NCBI GenBank assembly: GCA_030141605.1 | Contig: JAQGDQ010000003.1 | Location: 62,001 to 126,000, forward strand | DNA length: 64,000 nt | Source: Tubiluchus corallicola | Taxonomy: Eukaryota; Animalia; Priapulida | Direction: 5' to 3' | Part shown: piece after piece, positions 34,786 through 49,200 of the stretch | How positions within the stretch are numbered: position 1 is the first letter of the stretch | Layout: each line of letters begins with the position of its first letter | The notes under the pieces: generated by a model | The model's database searches: none | Seen by the model: the letters and a program-made list of their open reading frames with translations, nothing else | Told to the model about the DNA's origin: nothing | Program-made: the position numbers and the translations under genes

Positions 34786-37365
34786 ATCACAAGCTGTAGT
34801 CCGATGGTTGTAGTTAAAGGTCAAAAGTAATATTTTCTGATAACAAACGACGAGCAGATCTCCATTATGGCAAAAATGGATGACTGATCAGAGTAGGTGT
34901 GAGCCAAATTGACGTACCACGCGATGCCAAACGGGCTAGTATCTTTCACTTGTACATATCATGCAGCGTTGCAGGCTAGTGCCTGGCGCCCAGGAACAAA
35001 GAATGCAAAACTTATATAATTGCACATGGATTTATATAAGAGTTAAATACTTAGCTATAAGCTATTTGTGCAGCTGATACGGATGAAACAATTCTTGTAC
35101 ACTGGAACAGATCTAAGGAAATTTTTTGCATTGTGAAAGGAAAAGACCGTGTCTGGATACAAAGATTTGCTAAGGAGACTTTGGCAGTGTAATAAAATGT
35201 AAACGAAAATCACCGTATAGGTTTTTTAATGATGAATTTTGTATTTACTGTATATTAACTGTAATGTACTGTTATAATTGTTTAATTTTTTCTGTACGTG
35301 TGAACATTATAGACAAATGGGAACTAATTTAGCTAAAAAGCTCGAATTGCTAAGCTAAGTGGTTTAGTTAATTACGATTACTGAATAGTTTGAAATTATT
35401 ATTATTCATTTTAAACATAGTTTATTTGACTTGAATCAAACAGTTCATTATAACTGGTGCTTAAATTCTCTCCAATATACTATACAAAAATAATGTGGAA
35501 GATTTACATTTGAAGTTAACATGGACTAATATAGTACCGTACTACTGAAAATAAAAAAACGTGACAGCACAATATAGACTAGTATATGCACTACTGTATA
35601 TACAATATGAAAACACGAATAGCTTAAGCTTGCGTTTGCATAAAGAAGAAAATTTGTAATATCATTATCTGACAATTCATAAATATTGACATTATCAGAG
35701 TCCAATATTTTAATAAAAAAATGTTCATGTGTCTCAAAAAGAAAGGCTCACCTGTAGTTTAGTAAGACAATACATTATTATTAATAGTACTATCATTTCT
35801 AGCATAATTTTATAAAAATACTTTAATACACAATCAAATGAGTGTTTCTGTTACTCACAAGTGACACATTTAATCGAGACTAATTCCTGAAATTAAACGG
35901 CTAATTAAGTCTGACACAAGAATAATATACCCACAAACAAAACTTACTGACAGATGTTGAAACAAATGCTTAACACGTAATGTTTCGACAATTTAAGCAA
36001 ACGGAAAATGGTACAACCAAAACAAAAAACTGTAAGAAATTCAGTAATTTTAAGTTTTCTCGGTCTAACGTTCATAGGTTAATGGTCAGTCTAAGTCCTT
36101 ACTTGAAAATTATATTATAAAATTTTAGTAAAGAACGCGACGACGATTAAAGAATATTCGTATATTTCTTTTTTCTTGGATTTCTTTGTTATTTAATAAA
36201 TTTGTAGTTGCAAAATATGTAATACAAAAACAGTAATCACCCATCAGTGTTTTGCATAAATAAGAATGAACATTGTACTTTGAACGTTGCACTTTGGAAA
36301 TATAGAGGTCTGCTTAGTGAGGGAACGATGCTTTTCGTGAAATTAATTAACAGGAAATGTATTGCTCTTCCTGTGAAATAAATGGGAAGAAGAAGATTGT
36401 TGCAGTGTTACAAACAGCAGCTTAAGTACAAATTCGTCTTCTAGTTTCAAGTACAGGTAAAATGTTTGCATAAATACCAGAGAAATTATGCAGAAGAAAT
36501 GCTGATTGTTTTTATACAGCAATATTCAATGAAAGTGTTAACGCAAAGTATATCCTTCGTGTTTTTCTTACTGTTCCAAAGCCTCAGTGCACTTAGGACT
36601 GCATTAGTAAGCATAGCACCAAATTTACATAGCGCTGGTTAATGTTTACTTGTACTAAGCTTAATTCCAGTGTGTAATATAATGTCTCATCAGAAAGATA
36701 TGAAATATTGTATTGAGTTGTCAAAAGATGTATATACTGCTCCTACCAGAAGGTGCAAGTCGCACCGATTAAAATGGCGTTTTTGTTATATATTTATCAA
36801 TGCGCGTAATGAATCCATAAATAATTTGATGTTTATGATATTTATTCTTTCTGAAAGACGAGCGCACTGAGGGTAAATTACACAAAGATTATAATTTATG
36901 GAGGTAAGCACGTGTAATAAATAATATATTCACGTCATATTATCACTCTTTATGTAGCGTTTTAGAAACTATCTCGTAAAATATTCTTGCATCTAGAGGA
37001 GCGTCTATGTACCAACCGTAACAAAGTCGGTGACGAATGTCCTTTTCTTCTATTTTGCTCTAAACATAACACTGCCCGCAACTTCCTTCTAAATACAATC
37101 ACACGTTCTATTCTAGAGTTTTACTTTTTATGACAAACTAATTTGTATGATGCAATCTAATGATGTCACTTTTTAATGTGCCGTAGCTAAGTTTGTTCGC
37201 ATTTGTATAAGAGTTTTTGTTGTACCAAAAACTCAATGAATGAATACCATGTTCTGTAGGTCTAATGGAAGTCAGAGCTTTTCACAGTAGAGATTAAATG
37301 ACTTTGTTAAAGCTAATCTTCTGTGCAAAAAACAGAGCATTTTTGTGAAAATTAAGAAACCGTAA

Positions 37366-37562
37366 GAAATCTGGTTATAACGAATTTTTTTGCCATCCGA
37401 TTACAAAAAATGGTTATAACCGATTTTTCTGCCATCCGATTATAAAAAAATTTGGATATAACCGAATTTTTTGCCACCCGATTATGAAAAATCTGGTTAT
37501 AACCAATTTTTTGCCATCCGATTATTAAAAATGGTTATAACTAGATTTTTTATAATCGGATA
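37366..37562. repeat. About 41-43-bp minisatellite, 4.5 copies
   Basis: Unit approximately TGGTTATAACCGATTTTTTGCCATCCGATTATAAAAAA; ends with an inverted half-unit TTTTTATAATCGGAT. Confidence 0.85.
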
Positions 37563-37698
37563 TCATTGCCCTAAGGCGCTTTCGTAGATGTCCTAATGCG
37601 CTTTTCGCTTGCGCCCTAATGTCAGCTAGTTTTGTAAAAAATGTTGCTCAATTTTGTAAAAATTTTACTTTACAATTTCCTGGTTGCTATATATATAT

Positions 37699-37738
<40 letters not shown>

Positions 37739-39020
37739 GCATAAGACTTGCAAATTAATTTAAAGAAAGGTATTCATTTGTTGATATAGCAAAAAACTAC
37801 TATAACAGGCAGACAAACTTCATTTCTATAGCACAAATTGCTTACTATTTAAACTTGTAGACATGCGGTGCTGAAATTTGTTTGCAATGATATTTCGTAA
37901 GTTTAACGAAGTACACGAAGCTCTAAACAATTATTAATAATTATACAACTAGCAGATATTTCAAGAAGATGATAGTGGGAAATGCTAGTAGGGTCACATT
38001 TGTCTTTACTTCTTTGACCACTTGTGCGCGCTTTGGTATATTAATTCTTATCGTGGCGGCTTTATCCTGTTTCTTGCCCTGCAAAGTGAACCTGCCCCCT
38101 TTGTAAACATTAATACTTTGCAAGCACGATAATCACTGGTCAGTCATAAATGGAAGATTTATACCCTTTATTCAACTCCCTACCCACCGCTTCTACGTGT
38201 AGGAACTGGAGCTACTAGAATGATTAAGACTTATAACCTGTGTACGTAAAATGAACTTGTCCCAGTCAGTCAAGATGTAAGTATTGTTATAACATTTCAT
38301 CTTTATCTTTAAAGGCGTTAATTATAATTTTTGAATGTGCTTGTCTTACTTGAAGAAGGAATAAAAACAAATAGGCTACTTTGCGTGACAAAGTAATCTA
38401 TAGAGCATTTGCAAAAGCTATAAATTTTGTCACTCTGAAGTCTTAGTCACGCCAAGTCAGATACAAAAAGACAGTTTCGGTTTCGCAGAAAGACTTCAGA
38501 AATACGGAGTTTCAAAAAAAAATCTTGAAAATTGCAGATTAGTTACCTAAAGAGCAGTGATTTTTTTTTACCTGAAGTTGCAAAAGATACTATAAAGTTG
38601 CCAAAAATCTCTCAAGAGACTCTCAAAAGTTACAGTATAAATTGCGTGGAGTTGACAACAGTTGCAAAGACGTGACAACAGGTTTAGCTGAGTTAGTTAA
38701 AACTGGGAACTGTTTCAAACAAATAGGTATAGGTTGACTTTCAGCAAATGAAATTTTACCAATTTGCTTAGACTTGATTTGCCTAGACGTGACAGGAGTT
38801 ACCCTTTTTGTTAAGAAAGTTTTGATAAACGTGTTGGAAATATTGGAAAAGTTGTAGAGTTACCAAAGAAGTTGTTTAGAATCTCCAACAGTCGCACTAA
38901 GCGGCAAGGGTTAATAAAATCTTTGGTGTGCGGTAAAAGACATTTTGCTTTTGACGATTATTAACTTCATAAAAATGAATTTTACGAGTGTCTTTCGTGT
39001 AGGGCTCTTCAATCTTCAAC

Positions 39021-42000
39021 ATGGCACGTGCGCCAAACTCGACAGCAGACGACTGTCTGGTGGCAATAGTGGATATGAATACGATCACGCACATCAGCAT
39101 AGCACCGGCTGTAAGTTTTTTTGTCTTCTAAACTTTTTAAATAGTATAATACCAAGTTATGGACAGATATTAAATGTCTCTACACGTCTTCAATAGACCA
39201 CATTATTATTAAAAATGTTTCAGATGTTTCGCGCAGCGTTTGTTGTTTATGTAGCTCTTGTTTTTTTTACTTTTATGCGAGCAAAGTTTCATTGTTTAAA
39301 TGCGTGATGTTCCAAAACTCACAACATCGATTTTTAGAGATGTTGAATAATCTAATCTATGTAAAGTGTATCACAAGAGTAAGATTGCATGAAGCCACCT
39401 GTGATCACAGAGAAGTCATTGTGAAACACCGTGCGCGGCCAAGTAAAACAGTGTGAAGCTGTATAAGTCAACTTTATGAAGTTGAATAAACCTACCCATA
39501 GCATAGTAAAGCTGTGGGCATCCAAATGAGCCTGTATAAAGTCGAGTAAACCTATGTAGAGTTAAGCGAGTCTGTGTGAAACAGGCTGAATGAAACTGTT
39601 CTCATAGAAGGTTATGTGAGCCTACTAGACGTAGTATGAAGCTAAGCAAGCCTACATGCCGAGTGAGTCTAATTGTACTTAGGTTGTTTACGTTCAGACA
39701 AAAAAGCGAGTGAAGCCAAGTGAGCCAAAGAGAAACCACGTTCAACCTTGTCTCCGTGAGTGAAATTGTGAGAAGCCACGAATCCACATGTAGCCATTTG
39801 ACCCCGAATGAAGCTGTAAAAGGCTGATTGAATCCATCTATGTGATACGGAGTGAATGTGTGTGAATTCGAGTGGTGCTGCTTGAAACTGACATCATCAA
39901 TTTGAAGCTGAGCGAAGCTACGTGAGCCGTGTGATGCCATGTCAGGCTATGTGAAACCGAAAAAACCCTTATAAGGCCAAATAAATCTATGTGATTTATT
40001 CGTAAGTTCGTGTGAAGTTCGGTGATTTTGTGTGAAGCCCAGTAATCATGTGTAAAGTCCAATAAACTTGCGAAAAAAACGAATATGCCTGTGTGATATG
40101 TCAAGTGCGCCTGTTTGAAACCAAATGAGTTTGTGTGAAGATAATACGACGCTGTGTGAAGGAAAGCGAAATTTGCTTGTATAGAGCCAAATCATACTGT
40201 TTGAAATCAAACAAACCCAAGTAAGCCTGTAAAATTCTAAGTGAGCATGTGGAAACGAGTAAACCTGGCGAAACCAAATGAGAGCGAGTGAAGCTGAGTG
40301 AAGTCGGGTGAGGCTGCGTGAAGCCATTTAGAAATTTATTAGCAGCTTAAAGTGCGTGAAATTGGGTTAACATGTGTTTGACAAATAAGCAGCCTTGAAC
40401 GACAAGACTGCAGATGAAATAATTTCTCCATCATCAATAATTGAATTTTTTTTAGATTTTAATAGTCTTGGTGTTGTCAATATTGCAGAAAAGACAGTTG
40501 CACAGCGGCATCGTAGTGTACGTAATTTCTTTTTCTTTTTATTGTACAGAGCTTTTACTCGGGTAAACCAGGTTTATCAGGGTTCTTGGCCTAAATTTGG
40601 GTAAAATGGTAAACAGCTATTTGCTTACGTTTTATAAAATTCGAGTATGTAATCACAAAAAATTGAATAACATTGATAATCACAGTCACCGTCTATACAA
40701 GAGTCAATTAGTAAGTAATGTCTAAAACGGAAGCATTAATTTGAATATACCCTGTTATACTATCACTGTGTCTGTTTGACATTCTTCATTATTTTAGGCC
40801 GCTCAATTTACTTGGCAGTTCCAGCAAACGATGGTCCTATGCTGCAGCATTTGGCGCTATGTTCAACTCAGTACTGGGAGTACTGCAGGAAAATACCGTT
40901 ACAGTAACAACTGATCTATCCTCTCTCTCACCATGGGTTAAATGTACGTTAAAATTGAAAATTTTAGGAATTTTTTTTCTCGAGTACGCTTGCACTTTCT
41001 CTCGAGCCTGCTTTTACCACCGTCACATTAGATTAGAATAAAATTACAATGCATGGTATAGAAAATCTGGTTGTAGTGCAAAGAAGTATACGCTCATAGA
41101 AGAATTAGTTTTGGTTTTTTCTTTTGGTTTTGCGAGTTATAATTCTTTTGCGGATAATAACGTTTGATAATTTTGCTTTTTAAACGCAAAAGTTTGCCTA
41201 AATTAGATACGGCATTGAAATAATTTTAGTTTTCTGCAGACATCTTTGCCATAATCACTCATTACATTGTTAACGAAACCATGATTTTGTAAGAATGTAA
41301 ATATTGACCACGAAGTCGATCATTTTTTTAAATAATCGTTATCACTAATTTCATTGCAGTGTTAGTCGCGTTCATCTTCATGTTTGAAGTTTGCTTTGTT
41401 TTCTATCCGATATTTGCTTGTCTTACCACCAGTTTGCAATTTCTTGGTGCAGCTTTTGGATTTGCGTATACCTTAATGTGGTAAGCAAAACGTTGCACTG
41501 TTTGTACATAACAAATCTGTTGAACTCGGCGTTTATATTAGCTTTTAAATGGAAAAGGGAACGTCGATTTTACAAATCCTACTTATTCTATTATAGTTCG
41601 TGAGTTATTAATTAATAAAACTTTCAAATTAGTGGCTAGTAAATGAGCCATATTTGTTAATTTTTTTAACCAGACTTAATGGGAAGAAAAGGAAATGTAA
41701 CTGGCTAATTCCCTAGTTCAATTAGGGCATTTTCTTCTGTAGTCTTTATTACAATGATTACATTAATATTTAGGGTGGTAATTCAAACAGTCAATGTGGT
41801 GGATTTCATCATTTGCATGGCCGATGCCGGAGTGGAGACAAAAGCCGGCGTAAGTATGAACTCCTGACATGGTGACAAGTCTATACGTTTGTCACATATT
41901 TCTAGGTGATGTAATGTAGTGAGAACCCCTTCTCCAGAATATGCAACGTATGTGTGACGTCACACAGGTATTTAAAGTTAGTCACACACCTCAGCACAAC

Positions 42001-43233
42001 ACTATAGGCCTAATGAAACGAAATGCACTGAGAAGAATGGTAATTTACATTTTAACGAACTGAAGAAACAATTATACCTACATTAGAGCAGCAATACGTA
42101 TAACAATAAAATTACGCTGGAGTGTCAAGAGATGCTGCAGGTATGGGTGCCGTCAAACATCGATTGGTGCTGCGTGAAGAGGTTTGCAACTAACAGTTCT
42201 ACTACGTGAATTTCGCATTGGCAAAATGACAATTTACCTTTATACCAAAATAAGGTGAGGACACCAGTTAAACTGATTTGAAAAATAATCAAATGTGTTG
42301 TAAGCGTGGCTGCGCAATATTCGATTGTGAACATTAGCCTTAAAAGTAATGTACTGTCTGTGGTGGTGTGATGGATGCTATTTTTACACGACTCAATTTT
42401 CGTAACATTTCAGGTAATCATCGTCCTACTGTGGGTGCCAACTCAAGTTTGTCTTCTCTTCCTCTTGGTCACATTTGTGAAGATGTTTATTAAAGGGGTG
42501 CAGCGACGAGGGCCGTATGCAACCGAAGAAGTATACATTTATACGTAGCTATTGAAGCTTAAAAATAATAATTATAATGATGGTAGTGATGGTGGTGATA
42601 GTAACGGTGGCGGTGGCGCGGCGGCGGCGCTGGCAATGACGGTGGTGTGTGAGTTATTGGTGATGCTAGCGATAATGATGTGGTGGTAGTTTGTGGATAA
42701 ATGAGGATGATAGTGACAATGGCGATTGATAGCAATACATGATAATGGTGATTACAATGACAATTTCACTGCAGATTGGACAAAGTCACTCTGCACACAA
42801 ACATTTTTCTTATACTTTCAGACTGCCTACAAGATCGAGTACAAACATCACACAATTTACGTCAAACACTTGTTGAGGAAAAACAAAATTGTGCAAATGG
42901 ATTCTGCGTAAGTGAAAGTATTTACGTTACTACCAAATGTTAATTGTGATTCACTGTTTAGTGATAACAATGGTGATGATAATGGTGAAGATTATGAGTG
43001 ATGACGATGATAAAAACGACGACGACGATGATGATCATGACGACGATGACGATGACAAGGATGATGATGATGATGTTGGCAAAGATCGTTATGATGACAT
43101 GATGTTGGTGGTAGTCTTGATGATCATAAATATGCTTGACTAAGAATAAAGTGACTATGGTGGTGGTATGACAGCGATGAAGATCATGACCAGATGATGA
43201 TGATGAAAATGACAATGGTTATTGCAATGGTGA

Positions 43234-43267
<34 letters not shown>

Positions 43268-46200
43268 GGTGGTGGTGGTGGTGGTGGTGGTGGTGGACGA
43301 CGACGACGATGGCGATAGTGATAATGGTGATAATGATCATTATATGGTATTCAACTTACTAACCTTTTTTACAGATCCTATTTTCACCTTCCTAGGTATG
43401 AGGATGACGAAGAGCTTAGGTTTGTCGACAAGCTGTGGCTTAGACTGAGTAGAAAACCCTACCGAGACGAATCCATTCCTGAATTTTTCTACTCAACTCG
43501 AATAGTCTGCACGTTTTTCCTGGGTCTCCTTTTTGTTTATTCGGTTAGTACCTATCATGCAGATGTAATATAACCTCCATTTGCAAACAAGGACGAATCA
43601 AGACATCACGACATCGCCCTAGTTCGGTCCCGCCCATTTCTGTTATGGATCTATGGTTGCTTATGTTAAGCACAATGAACAATTACTTACGGGAGTATTA
43701 ATAGTGCACGCAGTAACTGCTTGTGGTGTATTATAAAATACGCGTTTTTTTATAAATGTGAAGGAGATACGCATATTCTAAGGAGAAGTTTTTACCACAT
43801 TGGGGCTTTATAATCTGGCGAATCTCACAGCCTAGTTAGCCTATTGGTAAATACACAACTGTTTGCAAAATAAACAGCATGCATTCTTGTCAGCATTTGT
43901 GCGCATTAATTTTCTGCACGTTACACTATAGAGTACGTTGCAAGCTATTTTGGGATCTGCGAAATTCTTACCCGGCCTTGACAGAATCTTCCAGGTAATC
44001 GCTGACATTATTACAAGTGAAGAGGGATCAGATATTTCCGGATTCTCAAAAGGTACGTTTACTTGACTTTTTAGCAACAAAAGGAAACGGTTTAGTTATA
44101 GAGGTCCCTGAAATAATCCACCTTGACAAAAATAAAAAGATTAGTCACTGTTATGATTGAGGATAGCGCGAGTTCGACACTGAACTCGGTCGATTTCGAG
44201 AAAGCTCTAGCTAAAACATGGTCATAGTGGATTTGGTCAGTCAGCATATAAGACCTAATAGCGTGCTATTTGTAATGGCGACCGTTTTCTTGCTTTGAAC
44301 GGGACCTAAAGTACATTTATCTTATCTTTACGAAATGCAACTGAGGAGCGATCGCATTTTATTATTTCGCAATGCGCATAGAGTATGTATTTGCCAAGTT
44401 AAGGCGGATGTACACATGCGTGTGTGGCCGGTGGCGACAGTTAGTGCGAAATATGCGAAGCATCCGGTGGTATATGCGGAATATGCAAACCGTCGGACGT
44501 CGAGTGCCGTTTCGTACTATATGGCTGGTCAGTGCTCTAATTTGGCTTATTTCGTAACTATGAAAAAGCAGCATTTGCATTTCACCCTAATAATAATATG
44601 ACATTATTGTAAACTAAAAGGCTTAGTTTACCTTACATAAAATAATGATACCACAAAATTCATTTCATCTTGTTAAAATTATCTAGGAACATCACAAATA
44701 AATTAAATCGTCCGTTAGTGTAGACGACGACGACGACGACGACGACCGTCGCCGCACAGTTCGCGTTCATATGTACATGCCTTACGTTTATTATGATAAC
44801 GAATGTTGTAAAAAATGTTTCAATAAAACATTATAATTTAATTGATTTTTTTCAGCAATGGGAGTTGCTTGGTGGATTTGTATAGTTCTTACTTCTCTAA
44901 TAATTTTGCTTCAAGTGAAATTCTCTCTCGCAAGCTATAAGTAAGTACGAATAAAAAAAAATTTATTTTCATGTGTTTGGAAAAGGAAACATTTAATTTG
45001 TTTAATCAAATATACAATAATTGACAAAACTACGTACAGTCATTTAGCTAATAATGTGTTCCAGTTGGAAAAAGCAACCAACTATCATGAAACTACAAAA
45101 CTAAATATGAGGTATGTTGTTGTTATTATTACAGAAGCACTGTGATTATACAACAATTATTATGTAACTATACCTCATTATTATTATAATTATGTTGCTA
45201 AGATACATGTAACACTGTAAGACGCAAGTGTCTTACCTTATTACGACCACATTGCCCATCAGGATGCTGTTTGCTTATTCATCAAAAGAACATTTTGGTC
45301 TCTGGACCGACTTATGGCTCCATCCGCAAAATACCGCTAAGGTACAAGTGTATAATATATATACCGGATGTTTGACTTGCTTTTACTTGTCATTTATTCC
45401 AAATGTCGTCCATATTCTCGTTGCAATTATACACAAAAAGAGTTAATAGCTGTTCTTTTTTTCATATCTGTGGTGCAAAAATCAAAATCTAAGTTTCTTG
45501 ATTAGCTTGTTAACTTAGCAGTAGTGAAGAGATATTTGCCTACTTATATCTTCATTATCGCTGTTATTCAGAGCATTAATAATACTACTATTTATTCTTA
45601 CTCCGGTCCAATAATGCAATTGCGTGCAATTATGTAGTAAATAACAACACAGATTAAATTTATGTGGTTAGTTAAAAATACAAATATAACACAAAATGTG
45701 TGTAAAACACGGTAATTAAAAAATTAGTATTAGTAAATTATTAGTATTAGTATTAGTATTAGATTTAGTATTAGTATTAGTATTAGTATTAGTGTTAGTG
45801 TTAGTGTTAGTGTTAGTGTTAGTGTTAGTGTTAGTGTTAGTGTTAGTGTTAGTGTTAGTGTTAGTGTTAGTGTTAGTGTTAGTGTTAGTGTTAGTGTTAG
45901 TGTTAGTGTTAGTGTTAGTGTTAGTGTTAGTGTTAGTGTTAGTGTTAGTGTTAGTGTTAGTGTTAGTGTTAGTGTTAGTGTTAGTGTTAGTGTTAGTGTT
46001 AGTGTTAGTGTTAGTGTTAGTGTTAGTGTTAGTGTTAGTATTAGTATTAGTATTAGTATTAGTATTAGTATTAGTATTAGTATTAGTATTAGTATTAGTA
46101 TTAGTATTAGTATTAGTATTAGTATTAGTATTAGTATTAGTATTACTAATTAGTATTAGTAAATTACTATAAAATTAAGAGTCATAATAACATAGCCCTG

Positions 46201-49200
46201 TAATTTCCAATGATTAGCTGTATGTACATACTATCTATATTCTGTAACATGATGTTTTCTATCAACCAAGTAATATACTACTAATTACAGTAAATATGGG
46301 TCATGATAGAAATTAGCTCTTCTTTTTCAAGAAAATTGTTATTTGTTTAAAATATCTCTGACAATTTCTGCTTCATCTAGGTTGCAGGATTTCTCAATAG
46401 TACGAAAAATTAAATGTTTCACATCGTTGCAGTTCAAGTTATTATATTTTTTTATAAAGTACTAGCTGCAAATTATAATCAATAATTGACCCCACAGAAA
46501 AAATAGCTTGTTTAGCAAAGTGATTTGCTAGAGCATTACTACTTCTCAAACAGGGTGAATGTTAATTCGTATAAAACATTTCTCGAAGTGCCTGAAGTAC
46601 ATCACTGACTTGCGGCCAAAATAAACCCGAGCAGTGTTTGACAAATTCTACAGTCTACGCACAGAAATTTTCCAAACTGTAATGATATTACTATGCAGTA
46701 GTTTCATGTTACTTGTTCCTTGTCTGTCATCAAGGACAATTAAATTACAAATCAGCAGTTGTTCCGAAAACACAACTGGCTACGTAAATTTGCGCGGCCA
46801 ACACCAAGCCTAGAGAGATCAATCAAAATGCCATAAGCCACCTATGTTTAAATTTACATATATTAAATTGAAATATATTTAAATATAATTTTAAAATTAA
46901 ATATTTAAATGTTAATATAGAGCACCAGGATGCCCTTTACCACATTACAATGTTTGACGACCCCTTACATACTTCAGTAACTATGTTGTATGTCGTGATG
47001 TGTAGTATTAAATGATTTGACTTTTGTGTTCACAGAAAACACATGCTGATGGCTTATTCTGGTGACTGGAGTTTCCTGCCTGAATATTACAGATTGTGTC
47101 CTGCTAACGCATCTGCCAAGCTGGTACAATATTACATAGCCTAGATTTATATTCTCAATGAGAAATGCAACCTTTAAAACACGTTTCGCAAATCTGCGAT
47201 CACTTGTTTAAGTTAAAATTTCACAGTGCAAAACAGTCACGGCGTCATGTGATCTTTTGGTGATCGAGCTTTTATCGGATTGTTATTGTTGTTTTGTTTA
47301 AATTGGGGTCAACCGATAATTGTAATTACTTAGTAACTATATAGGTTTATCGTAATTATAGTTCCATTACTAAACGTTGGCATAATAAAAACTTATGAGA
47401 ATCGAATTTTATTAAAAAACAGATGTCTCACGATGAATCCTTAACAGTTACCACTATAGCGTGTATAGTGCTAAAGTAACAGTACGCCCCAGTGGTACCT
47501 ACTAAAGGTACAGAAAGTACTTGTGAAAGATGCATGAAATTATATTTATTTTATTACGTTTTTAGGCTAGAGGGATTAAATATACCGGCTTCCAGATTGC
47601 CTTTCTTACTTGGGGTATGTAACGTTGTCAAGTTAAGAAGTTTTTAATCATATATTATAGTCATACATGTATTGTAGACATAAAACTACTTCATCGGTCT
47701 TCATCGTGCTTTACTCATTTCAAGCATTCTAAATGAAACTTAGATGTAAAACGACTAGAAATAAATGCGTTGTGTCTTATGTGCCCGACTCCTAACTGGG
47801 CCATTTGGTTGGTCATCTATTGTTAATGTTCTACTGACCACGAAAAACTATATCAGTTGGATTCATTTAAAACACATATTCTGTTTAATTCTGGGCAGAG
47901 TTAACGAAACGAAATATTTTTATAGGTTATTTTGTAGCAATGTTCGTGCTGATCGCCATCAGCAGTATTCTAATTGGAATAGGATGGACAATCGCAACAG
48001 GCTTCTTTGCGGACTTATTACAGTCTGCAATGTAAGTTCAATGTAGATTCAATTGTGAGTAAATTATAATATAGGCCCAACTCACAGATTAGGCCCACTT
48101 TTATAATAACTCTTAACCAAAAATAAGAAAGGAAGTAAATAGGTAATTTATTTTCGCCAGCACATTTTCATTTGATTATAATTTGCGCAATATATATGTA
48201 CACATATTATATATATTCAAGTATATACTATACATGTATGTGTGTATGTATATATACATAGTAGAATATTCAATTCAATAAAGTATAATGGCAACATAAC
48301 ACTATGAATTACAGCAGATACAAGAAGATTAAATTATTGTTAAAAAGAGAAGAGAAGACATAAGATACGGGAAGGTTCAAATTTTGATTAAGTATTAGTT
48401 TTGTGATCATTAACGAAGATAGGCAGTGAAACCAAATTAACCATATCTGAAGTTATACACATTCAGAGCCGATAATTATGTCTTATATGTTTACATTTAA
48501 TTAAAGAAAGTTCAAGTATATCACACAAAAAGTCAGCAATAAAGTTCAATCAATGCTACCAATGAAAACACTTTTGTACAAAAAAGGTATTTTTTGCAAA
48601 AAGAAACTACAATGTCACTTTACAATGTCATTTAACTTTCCCCATGATTTTTTTTCAGAATTCCTATAGCGATCTTGATTCTACTTTTCTATGCTCAGTT
48701 ATTTCTTTCGGGAAAATTCTTCCTGCAACCGAAAATCAACGAAGACGATGCGTCAAAACCGCTTGCACTCAAAAATATGTAAGCAAATCCAGATTTCAGC
48801 AGTATACTCCACTGCCCTTATAAAATCTGTTGAGAGCATGGTAGTTATTAACAGCATTCAGAGAATCACAAATATATAAGTCAACGACAAAAAATTCAAT
48901 GTTGCGACGTTGCCTTTTTAATTTTTCTTTTGTTACCTACGCACAACATGCGAAATTCAACACTTAAAGAAATAAGCGAAAATAAATAGAATACAACACT
49001 TTATTAATTCTTAATTTGCTCACTTTCAGGAAATGGTTTCATCTTACGCATTATTACTTGTTTCTGGCAAACATTATTATTGGCTTCATCTTGGTATTTA
49101 GTAGATTCGTTATCTCTGCTCTTTTAAGTGCCTTCCTAATGTGCCGTCTGGACAGGACTATCATCATGCGTGGCCACGAGTCTAAAGACAAAGGTCAGTT

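Noticed and set aside
37366-37562. CRISPR-like short repeats
   Set aside because: Contiguous tandem units without spacers in a eukaryotic context.
42937-43448. Poly-Asp/His/Val ORFs
   Set aside because: Trinucleotide repeats; the real exon (43396-43543) is in another frame.
45792-46172. Poly-(VL) ORF
   Set aside because: Translation of the hexamer repeat; intronic.
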